A stretch of DNA of 32,000 nucleotides from positions 720,001 to 752,000 of the forward strand of contig OY969938.1 of the NCBI GenBank assembly GCA_963704755.1, given 5' to 3'. Numbering within the stretch: the stretch's first letter is position 1; each line of letters opens with the position of its first letter. The translations under genes and the position numbers were made by a program. This stretch comes from an uncultured Chloroflexia bacterium. GTDB taxonomy: Bacteria; Chloroflexota; Anaerolineae; Anaerolineales; Anaerolineaceae. Shown in pieces: positions 24,602 through 32,000 of this stretch. Below the pieces are notes generated by a model. That model saw nothing but the letters and a program-made list of their open reading frames with translations. It was not told the DNA's origin and made no database searches.

Positions 24602-25707
24602 AAAGGATATCGCGCCTGGTTTTTGTTTTGGACTTCGCGCTGGTCCTGGGCCTGATCGGTGGCCTGGCAGCCTGCCGTTCGGCGCCCGCGATCCAGGCGC
24701 CTGCTTTGCGTATCGCAACCGGTCTCCCGGCTGTTGCCGCGACTAGAACAGCCTTGCCGGTGGCCGGGCTTTCGCCCCAATCACCTGACAATCAAAACGC
24801 GGATGCACCGCTTCGCTTCACCTTTCCGACCCCCGAACCGCCCCCGGTTTCCCTTTGGCGGCCCCCGTTGTACGACGTTCCCTGGGCGCTCAACCCGCAC
24901 GACCATTTTTATTTCGACCGCCCTATCGCCGCCGACGAGGTCAACTGGCCCCTGGCCAGCTACCGCTACGGTGATTTCTTCTCCGGTACCGACATCGTCC
25001 ACACCGGCGTGGACATCGATGCCAAACGGGGCACCCCGGTGCTGGCCGCCGGGCCTGGTGAAGTCACCTGGGCCGGGATGGGTCTCTATCGCGGCGTGGA
25101 TTCTCCGGACGACCCCTACGGCAATGCGGTGGCCATTCGCCACGATTTTGGCTACGAAGGCCAGGCTTTATACACCATTTACGCCCACATGGAACGCATC
25201 GATGTGCAGGTGGGCCAACATGTTAACACCGGCGACCAGCTTGGTCTGGTCGGCGACACCGGCAACACCACCGGCCCGCACTTGCATTTCGAAGTGCGCA
25301 TCGAGCGGAACAGCTATTACGTCACCCGCAACCCGGAACTCTGGCTGGCGCCTCCTCAGGGCTGGGGTGTCCTGGTTGGACGGTTGATGAAAAAGGACGG
25401 CTCGACCGTCTCGCGCATCGATGTCAACGTCCATTCGGTTGATCTCAACCGCGATTGGGATGTGCGCACTTACGCGCCGACCAGCGTCAATTACGACGAC
25501 TACTATCGAGAGAACCTGGTTTTGAGCGACCTGCCCCAGGGTGATTATGTCATCACGTTTACATATAACGACGACCCCTACCGGTATACCGCCACGATCC
25601 AGCCCGGCGCCGTCAGCTACTTTACTTTCCGCGATGGCTATGGCTTTTCGAACCAACTGCCCGCGGATCCTGCCGCTGAGGAAGTTTTTACTCCGGCCGG
25701 CAATTAA
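24598..25707 (+). CDS. M23-family metallopeptidase lipoprotein with a carboxypeptidase-regulatory-like C-terminal domain
   Basis: Lipobox GGLAAC, then HTGVDID and GPHLHFEV. ATGA overlap with the upstream gene. The C-terminus reads GVLVGRL..DGS...LPQGDYVITF. Confidence 0.82.
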   Translation: MKRISRLVFVLDFALVLGLIGGLAACRSAPAIQAPALRIATGLPAVAATRTALPVAGLSPQSPDNQNADAPLRFTFPTPEPPPVSLWRPPLYDVPWALNPHDHFYFDRPIAADEVNWPLASYRYGDFFSGTDIVHTGVDIDAKRGTPVLAAGPGEVTWAGMGLYRGVDSPDDPYGNAVAIRHDFGYEGQALYTIYAHMERIDVQVGQHVNTGDQLGLVGDTGNTTGPHLHFEVRIERNSYYVTRNPELWLAPPQGWGVLVGRLMKKDGSTVSRIDVNVHSVDLNRDWDVRTYAPTSVNYDDYYRENLVLSDLPQGDYVITFTYNDDPYRYTATIQPGAVSYFTFRDGYGFSNQLPADPAAEEVFTPAGN

Positions 25708-25826
25708 GAACGATCCCCTTGACAATTCCACCAACCCGCTTGAAAATCAAGAGCAAACTGGTTACGCTGGTTAAGCCCGTTAACCGGCCGCGCATGCTGA
25801 GCAAAAATAAATCGGAGGACAATTTC

Positions 25827-26570
25827 ATGTTCAAAGCAAGAAAAATTAGCGGGGTTATCCTGCTGGTCATCATTGCTTCACTGGCGATGACCGCCTGTTC
25901 TGGTGCGAAAGCAACCCCGACGAAAGATCCCCAGACAATCTATACTGAAGCCGCCGTCACCGTGGCTGCCGGACTGACCCAGACCGCCTTGACCCAACCA
26001 ACTGCCACGGCTACCGAGACCCTGCCACCCACCTCGACCATGGCCCCTACCTCACCTGAAATCCCCACGATGGCAGCGACCACTCCACCCCTCGTTCAGC
26101 CTACTGCGACCCAGGCCGCAGCGACTTCCAATGACCGCGCTGAGTGGGTATCCAATTCCCCGACCGATGGTACCACCATGTACCCGGGCCAGAAATTCAC
26201 CCTCAAATGGGTCGTCAAAAATATAGGCACCACCACCTGGTCCACATCATATCAGATGCGCTGCTACCTGGGCACCACCGAGGGCTGTTTCTCCGGCTCG
26301 AATTTCAGCTTCCCCAAAGAAGTCGCTCCTAACGACACTGTCGAACTGTCAGTTTCGATGACCGCGCCCAGCAGCGGCGGCGATTACGTCACCGACTGGG
26401 TCATGACCAACACCAACGGGGTAAACTTCTACCCCCTGACTCTGCAAATTACCGTCTCGGGCTCGGCCCCCACGGCGACCAAGACGCCGTCCCCGGCGAC
26501 CAACACACCGTCGGTCACCAACACTCCCGTCCCGCCGACCGATACTCCTGAGCCAACGGCCACTTCCTGA
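25827..26570 (+). CDS. lipoprotein with an NBR1-like Ig-fold domain and PT-rich linkers
   Basis: The ATG at 25827 is preceded by GGAGGA 7 nt upstream. Lipobox LAMTAC. The domain pattern is SPTDGTTMYPGQKFTLKWVVKNIGTTTW...APSSGGDYVTDWVM. Confidence 0.7.
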   Translation: MFKARKISGVILLVIIASLAMTACSGAKATPTKDPQTIYTEAAVTVAAGLTQTALTQPTATATETLPPTSTMAPTSPEIPTMAATTPPLVQPTATQAAATSNDRAEWVSNSPTDGTTMYPGQKFTLKWVVKNIGTTTWSTSYQMRCYLGTTEGCFSGSNFSFPKEVAPNDTVELSVSMTAPSSGGDYVTDWVMTNTNGVNFYPLTLQITVSGSAPTATKTPSPATNTPSVTNTPVPPTDTPEPTATS

Positions 26571-26606
26571 CGGAACAACCCCGGATTTTATTCCGGTTAA
26601 ACACTT

Positions 26607-27761
26607 ATGGACTTGAAAGACCAAATCAAAGCCGAGGCGGGTCGCCTCGGCTTTGATTTATGCGGCATCACCAGCGCGGATCCAGCGCAGAGTTATCCGC
26701 GTTACCGCCGGTGGATCGAGGCCGGGCGCCAGGCCGGGATGGGTTACCTGGCCCAGCCGCGGGCTCTGGAGGTCCGCGCCGACCCCCATCTCATCCTGCC
26801 AGGCGTCAAGACCATCCTGGTGGTCGCTGCGCGCTATGCCCGGCCGGAGGATATCGCGCCGGCTGATCCCCACCGGCCCTCCGCGAGGGTGGCGGCTTAT
26901 GCCTGGGGACAGGATTACCACCTGGTCATCCCCGACCGGCTGCGCGAATTGGCCGGATTTATTGCCCAGGCCGCCGGCCACCCGGTCCAGGCCCGCGCCT
27001 ACACCGATACCGGGCCGATCCTGGAGCGCGACCTGGCTCAGCGAGCCGGGTTGGGCTGGATCGGCAAAAACTCCTGCCTGATCAACCCCCGCTCTGGCTC
27101 CTACTTTTTCCTGGGTGAGCTGTTCCTCGACCTGGAGATCGAACCCGACACCCCCATCGCCACCGACCTGTGCGGCTCCTGCCGGCGCTGTATCGACGCC
27201 TGCCCGACCGGATGCATCTTGCCGGACCGTACCCTGGACGCCGGACGCTGCATTTCTTATCTGACCATCGAGAACAAGGGCGACATCTCCCCCGAATTGC
27301 GCCCGCTGCTCGGCGAGTGGGCCTTCGGCTGCGACATTTGCCAGATGGTCTGCCCGTGGAACCTCCGGTTTGCCAGCCCTAGCGGAGAGACAATCTTTTC
27401 AAATGACCAATCCACCGACCGCCCCGAGATTGCCGCCGGCCTGCGAATCGATTCGCATGAATTCAACCGGCGCTTCAAGAACAGCCCAATTCAACGTGCC
27501 CGCCGCAAGGGCTTTTTACGCAACCTCTCGGTCGTTGCCGGAAACCATCCCCATGCGGCCTTCCTGGAGCCTCTGGAAGCCCTTCTCACCGGCGATACCG
27601 ACCCTATTGTCCGTAAACACGCCGCCTGGGCTCTAGGACGCCAGGGAGCGGCCGCAGGACCGGTCTTACTGCGCTGCTTGAACACCGAAACAGACCCAGG
27701 CGTGCAAGTGGAAATCCAAAGCGCACTGGATCGACTCGCATCAGGGCAGCCAGGCCGGTAA
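26607..27761 (+). CDS. queG: epoxyqueuosine reductase QueG
   Basis: 384 aa with WIGKNSCLINP and two 4Fe-4S motifs, CGSCRRCIDACPTGC and CDICQMVCPWN. The C-terminus is HEAT-like (DPIVRKHAAWALG). Confidence 0.9.
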   Translation: MDLKDQIKAEAGRLGFDLCGITSADPAQSYPRYRRWIEAGRQAGMGYLAQPRALEVRADPHLILPGVKTILVVAARYARPEDIAPADPHRPSARVAAYAWGQDYHLVIPDRLRELAGFIAQAAGHPVQARAYTDTGPILERDLAQRAGLGWIGKNSCLINPRSGSYFFLGELFLDLEIEPDTPIATDLCGSCRRCIDACPTGCILPDRTLDAGRCISYLTIENKGDISPELRPLLGEWAFGCDICQMVCPWNLRFASPSGETIFSNDQSTDRPEIAAGLRIDSHEFNRRFKNSPIQRARRKGFLRNLSVVAGNHPHAAFLEPLEALLTGDTDPIVRKHAAWALGRQGAAAGPVLLRCLNTETDPGVQVEIQSALDRLASGQPGR

Positions 27762-29120
27762 AGCCGCGTCGTCGGCCACTTTGACCGTCTGGCCGCTGGC
27801 CATATCCCATACAAACACCTGCGGAGTTGGGTTATCACTGCCCATCTCGACCTGCTGGTAGGCTATTTTTCCCCCGGCCGGCGCCCATTGATAAGCCGCG
27901 TGCACTGACAGCATATCCTGGGTAATCGCCTTAACCAGTTTCCCGTCGGTTCCCATCAACCAGAGCTGCTGGGTCGCCTGCGCGTTGGTGGATTGCACCC
28001 CCACCACCAGCCATTTCCCATCCGGAGACCATTCCGGCAAAGAATAGTCTACATTGCTGACGCTGCTATCGTCCAGGCGGGACACCTTCTTGCTGGCCAG
28101 GTCCACCAGGTACAACTGGTCGTAAGGCACCAGCGCTTCAGGGGCCACATCAGCATAGACCATTTTCTGGCTATCCGGCGACCAGCTCCCCACTTCCTCG
28201 ACCGCCGTTGGTACGACCGAACTGCTGCCATCGGTCAAATTGACGATGCGGATGCCCTTCTGGTCGACATCGTAGTAGGCCACCGACTGGCCATCCGGGG
28301 AAAAGGCCGGCTCGAAGCCGTACACACCCTGGTTCAAAAACAATAAATTATTGTTTCCCGAAGATGTATCCACTACATAAATCTGGGCATCCGAGACCCC
28401 CAGGTTAGAATTTACGCCACCAGTGTACTGGCTATACGCTACGCTGTTGTTGTCCGGCGCCCAGGCCAGGTCCATGCAGGTCTTTTCGGCGCAGGAAAGC
28501 AGCGTACGCTCGCCGCTGCCATCCCGGTTGATTACGACCAGGTCAGTGCCTCCCTGGGTATTGATCTGCGCATAAATGATCTTCTGCCCATCCGGCGAAA
28601 CGCTGAAATCGTAAACACCTTCATTCGTATTCGTCAGGCGCTGTGGATGTGCGCCATCTGGGCCGGTAACCCACAGATCGCCGCCATAGGTCGGGTTGCT
28701 GAGATAGACCAGGTTCAAGTCACGCACCTTGAAGTCTAGCGTCTCTGCTTTTTTGACCGCCAATCCATTCCGGGCCTTCACCCCGGCTTGAACGTTTACC
28801 CGGATTGTCGTGCCTGCCGGGAATGCCTGGCTGGGATAAAACCAGGCTTGCTGGTCATTGGGCCAGGTCCATTTCCCCGGCCAGTCCGGGGTGAAAGCCA
28901 CCGCGGACTCGAGGGAAGAATGGTCGACCGCCATCCCGAAATCGAACACCAACGGCCCGCGCCCACCGATCAGTCCGGCACCGGCCGGGCTGCTGATTTT
29001 AGCCGGCGCCATACCGCGAGCCTCTACCAGTACCGCCAGACCGCCTAAAATGACCACCAGACCGATCACCAACGGCAAAATGATCCGGTCTAAGCTGCTG
29101 CGGTTCGGAGATGGGCTCAT
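27741..29120 (-). CDS. membrane-anchored PD40/TolB-like beta-propeller protein with an N-terminal Ig-like domain
   Basis: 459 aa with an N-terminal TM segment. PD40 units SPDGQKIIYAQ, SPDGQSVAYYD, SPDSQKMVYAD and SPDGKWLVVG. ATGA overlap with the upstream DUF1980 gene. Confidence 0.8.
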   Translation of the reverse strand: MSPSPNRSSLDRIILPLVIGLVVILGGLAVLVEARGMAPAKISSPAGAGLIGGRGPLVFDFGMAVDHSSLESAVAFTPDWPGKWTWPNDQQAWFYPSQAFPAGTTIRVNVQAGVKARNGLAVKKAETLDFKVRDLNLVYLSNPTYGGDLWVTGPDGAHPQRLTNTNEGVYDFSVSPDGQKIIYAQINTQGGTDLVVINRDGSGERTLLSCAEKTCMDLAWAPDNNSVAYSQYTGGVNSNLGVSDAQIYVVDTSSGNNNLLFLNQGVYGFEPAFSPDGQSVAYYDVDQKGIRIVNLTDGSSSVVPTAVEEVGSWSPDSQKMVYADVAPEALVPYDQLYLVDLASKKVSRLDDSSVSNVDYSLPEWSPDGKWLVVGVQSTNAQATQQLWLMGTDGKLVKAITQDMLSVHAAYQWAPAGGKIAYQQVEMGSDNPTPQVFVWDMASGQTVKVADDAALPAWLP

Positions 29121-29875
29121 GGGAAGAGATAGGGCTGCTCGGGCTCGTCCACCGGGGTGATCGTATCGGCTTGGATGATCGGCAGCGGATTGCCGTTGAC
29201 CGTCGCGATGGATAGTTTACCCTGCACCTCGATCCAGGTATTGTCCGCCAGGCCGGTCAGGTCCGGTTTGTTGACCACCATGCCGATCGCGAAAGCATCC
29301 GCCACACAGCAGGTGATGCTGAACCGTCCGACCATAAATTCACCGTCGGCCAGGGTTGGGTCGTGGAACACGAAACCGGTTACGTCCACCGGCTGGCCCT
29401 CGAACTGGTGAATATCCTGTTCGGAGGCGAACAGGCGGATCCAATCCAGTACGGTACGCTGAGTCGGCGATACCTGCAGCGAATCCTGCGAGTCCTGCAG
29501 GCGCGTGGAAAGGGCTGCCTTGGTGGTGACGCCCCGCGTCGAAAGCGCTTCGGCCCCTAGCGGCTTGGACGGAATCAAAAAACCGATCAGAACCGGAAAA
29601 ATGATCCACCAGAAATTCCACTTGACCTGGCCCAGGTTCAGGTTGAAGGCATGCTGGTGTTCGTGGCCCGCCTCTTCTTCGTTGGCCGCTTCCTGACGTT
29701 GGCTGAACAGGACCTGGGCCAAAATGACGAAACCCAGCCCGGCCAGGAATACCAGCACGACGAAACGTTGGTTAATATACAGCAGGATTTTTCCGGTCCA
29801 CACCCGGCTGAGCAAATACAGTCCCAGCAGAGCCAGGGCCAGGGATTGAAAGGTTCGCAGTGACTTTTGATTCAT
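29117..29875 (-). CDS. DUF1980/TIGR03943-family membrane protein (partner subunit of a two-component permease)
   Basis: 252 aa with three N-terminal TM segments. The C-terminal domain carries the hallmark GRFSITCCVADAFAIG. The start lies 1 nt after the permease stop. Confidence 0.75.
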   Translation of the reverse strand: MNQKSLRTFQSLALALLGLYLLSRVWTGKILLYINQRFVVLVFLAGLGFVILAQVLFSQRQEAANEEEAGHEHQHAFNLNLGQVKWNFWWIIFPVLIGFLIPSKPLGAEALSTRGVTTKAALSTRLQDSQDSLQVSPTQRTVLDWIRLFASEQDIHQFEGQPVDVTGFVFHDPTLADGEFMVGRFSITCCVADAFAIGMVVNKPDLTGLADNTWIEVQGKLSIATVNGNPLPIIQADTITPVDEPEQPYLFP

Positions 29876-29876
29876 C

Positions 29877-30947
29877 TCACGGTACCAGGAAATTAACTAC
29901 CACGCCGGCCAGGATGCTGAATAAAAATGGCAGTAGAGATAGGTAAACCACGGTTTTGCGATTGAATACCCGCAGATACATCAGGATCGCTTTGATATCG
30001 ACCATGGGGCCGAAGACCAGGAAAGCCACCACCGCGCCGGTCGAAAAAGTGCCCAGAAAAGCCAGGGCAATGAACGCATCTACCGTCGAACAGATCGACA
30101 GCAAAGCCGCCAGGGTGGCCAGGGCAATCACAGATAGGATCGGCCCATTCCCGACCGCCAGCAGCCAGGCCTGTGGGATCAGGGTCTGCATGATTGAGGC
30201 CAGAGCCGCACCGGTGACCAGGAACTGGCCCATTTCGAAAAAGTCATCCGCCGCGACGGATACCATTTGCTTCATCCGCGCACCCAGGGGTGGTTTAGCC
30301 GGCAAACCCGGACCAATATCCAGGCTGAGCGGCCCGATCAGGGATTGTGGCAAATCCTGGGCCAGCAAACGGTTTCCATCATGCTCCAGCCCAAACAGCC
30401 AGCCGATCAAAATAGCGATCAGCAGCGTCAGCGCCAGGCGCAGCCAAAACACCAGCCCGACTCCAAATGCCGAGAGCGTACTGGCAATCACGATCGGGTT
30501 GATCACCGGTGCCGCTAATAAAAAGGTAATCCCGACCGACACAGGCACTCCCTTGCGGATGAAGCGCCGCGCCAGGGGGACTGTTCCGCATTCGCAGACC
30601 GGGAAGAACAGGCCCAGCAGGCTGCCGGCCGCTACTCCGCCCAGGCGGTTGTGCGGCAGCAAGGCAGCCAGGTCCTCGCTTTTAATGAATACTTCCACCA
30701 GGCCCGAAGCCAGGGTACCTAATAACAAGTACGGCACGGCTTCGATAAAAATACCCAGGAAGACCGAAGCGAAGCTTTCTACCCAGTTCAATAATACGGC
30801 TGCCCAGGCCGGCTGCCAGCCCCAGGCGGCTTGCAGCCAGGCCAGAAAGGCTGCCAGCAAAGCCAGCCCAACCACCAGGCCAGGGAAAACGCCTTTTACC
30901 CGTTTGTAGACTTTTTTTATCGCGGGGAGATCTCGTTCGAGCTGCAT
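29877..30947 (-). CDS. PF03773/COG0701-type permease
   Basis: 356 aa and polytopic. The conserved FFPVCECGTVPLARR motif is typical of this predicted-permease family. Confidence 0.8.
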   Translation of the reverse strand: MQLERDLPAIKKVYKRVKGVFPGLVVGLALLAAFLAWLQAAWGWQPAWAAVLLNWVESFASVFLGIFIEAVPYLLLGTLASGLVEVFIKSEDLAALLPHNRLGGVAAGSLLGLFFPVCECGTVPLARRFIRKGVPVSVGITFLLAAPVINPIVIASTLSAFGVGLVFWLRLALTLLIAILIGWLFGLEHDGNRLLAQDLPQSLIGPLSLDIGPGLPAKPPLGARMKQMVSVAADDFFEMGQFLVTGAALASIMQTLIPQAWLLAVGNGPILSVIALATLAALLSICSTVDAFIALAFLGTFSTGAVVAFLVFGPMVDIKAILMYLRVFNRKTVVYLSLLPFLFSILAGVVVNFLVP

Positions 30948-31069
30948 TTCACCTTTTTATACCATCAATTGATTAAAACAATCTAATTGAGAACTGCTCA
31001 GGTCTGTTCATAATCACACTCCGTTCTTTTAAACAGCCAGGCAGTAACGAATCAGGTCAGTCCAAAAAC

Positions 31070-31112
31070 TTCTTTTAATAAAAGAACCCCGCCTGTAATT
31101 GGCGGGGTTCTT
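31070..31112 (-). terminator. intrinsic terminator after the LysM gene
   Basis: A 12-bp perfect stem, AAGAACCCCGCC (31082-31093) with GGCGGGGTTCTT (31101-31112). On the minus strand it is followed by TTTTATTAAAAG. Confidence 0.75.
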
Positions 31113-31133
31113 GATACCTGACATATATCTTGC

Positions 31134-31880
31134 TCAGGCAGTCGCTGTAGGCGTCTCGGTTGCGGGCGGAGGGGTAGGCGTAGAACCGCCGGGCGTGGGC
31201 GTCAATGAAGGTTTACGGGTCGGTGTCGGGGTGACGATGTTGACCCGCACGATGATCGTTTCGCCGACATTGATCAGGTTCTGATCAGTAATGTTGTTGA
31301 TCTGCATGATGTCGTCAACCGTCGAGTTGTACCTGGAGGCAATCGTGTCCAGGGTATCGCCGGGTTTGATGATGTAATTGATGCGCGTGCCGCGGGCGAC
31401 ATCCGAGGGTAAAGGTGTCTCGGTGGGCAGTTCCTGGCCCGGCGCCGGGATCAGGATCGTATCTCCCGGCCGGATGGGGCAAGAATTGCTATCGAAGTTG
31501 TTGATGGCCAGCAAGACCAGCACATCGACGTTGTATTTGGCCGCCAGGTCAAAGCAGGTATCGCCATCCTCAACGGTATATTCGAACGGGCCAGAAGGGG
31601 TTTCCGTCATCGTCTCGGTTGGTGTTTCCGAGGCCGTCGGGGAAATGGTCGGTGTGGCGCTTGGAACCGTGGGGGAAGGGGTCGCGGTGAGCGTAGCGGT
31701 GGGCGTTGCCGACGAAAGGAATGCCAGTTGAGGCTTGTTTGGCCCGGTAAACCACACCACCAGTAGGATTACGCCAATCAACACAAGTACTAATGCCAGC
31801 CCCCAGGTAAAGAGAGGCATCATCTTTTGGCGCTTTTGATAGGATGCTATGACGCTTTGAGGCGATTTTTTTCCACTCAT
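31134..31880 (-). CDS. membrane-anchored protein with two LysM peptidoglycan-binding domains
   Basis: TM segment LFTWGLALVLVLIGVILLVVWF and PT-rich linkers. The LysM units are YTVEDGDTCFDLAAKYNVDV...IRPGDTILIP and YIIKPGDTLDTIASRYNSTVDDIMQINNI. The ORF is open to 31967, but the ATG at 31880 sits just before the TM anchor. Confidence 0.8.
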   Translation of the reverse strand: MSGKKSPQSVIASYQKRQKMMPLFTWGLALVLVLIGVILLVVWFTGPNKPQLAFLSSATPTATLTATPSPTVPSATPTISPTASETPTETMTETPSGPFEYTVEDGDTCFDLAAKYNVDVLVLLAINNFDSNSCPIRPGDTILIPAPGQELPTETPLPSDVARGTRINYIIKPGDTLDTIASRYNSTVDDIMQINNITDQNLINVGETIIVRVNIVTPTPTRKPSLTPTPGGSTPTPPPATETPTATA

Positions 31881-32000
31881 TTGTATACTTTTCCTGTTCA
31901 AATCTGGTTTTATCGGGAACATCGAACTGTTCCACAACCTTTTTTGAGTCCGGCAATTAAGCCACACCCTGAATAAAGCGATTGTAACCGATATTTTTCA

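Noticed and set aside
1-32000. Mobile elements, CRISPR arrays, rRNA or tRNA genes, defence or toxin-antitoxin modules
   Set aside because: I saw no transposase, integrase or reverse-transcriptase motifs. I also saw no regularly spaced direct repeats, no tRNA-like cloverleaf candidates in the intergenic regions, and no compositional island apart from short AT-rich intergenic spacers.

Overview
The window reads as a compact, mostly housekeeping chromosomal segment from a moderately GC-rich bacterium. My inference is Chloroflexota, Anaerolineae-like. This rests on adjacent mevalonate kinase and isopentenyl-phosphate kinase genes, Pro/Thr-rich linkers in nearly every secreted protein, and many lipoproteins. 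I support 30 protein-coding genes. Plus strand, in order: HD-GYP phosphodiesterase, a DnaJ-type zinc-finger mini-protein, an SLT-domain transglycosylase, a UbiA-family prenyltransferase, mvk, IPK, a dGTPase-like protein, greA, DegV, DUF1015, an envelope cluster (small protein, M23, PD40 propeller, M23, NBR1-like lipoprotein) and queG. Minus strand: a partial response regulator, tlyA, a 2-TM hypothetical, a long ffh-rpsP-KH-rimM-dprA-manC-topA array, a permease/DUF1980/PD40 operon and a LysM protein. I found no rRNA, tRNA, CRISPR array, transposase, integrase or recognisable defence or toxin-antitoxin genes. I cannot point to a clear-cut novel multi-gene system. The best candidates for follow-up are: (1) very long perfect hairpins at non-terminator positions (244-294, 4873-4925) and an 88-nt compound palindrome (18347-18434); (2) a standalone four-motif DnaJ-type zinc-finger protein between an HD-GYP enzyme and a lytic transglycosylase; (3) a PD40 beta-propeller translationally coupled to a permease/DUF1980 pair; (4) the M23/PD40/M23/NBR1-like envelope module, whose PD40 protein carries an unrecognised C-terminal domain; (5) an extra N-terminal zinc ribbon on topoisomerase I. 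All functional calls come from reading motifs by eye. No database search was run.
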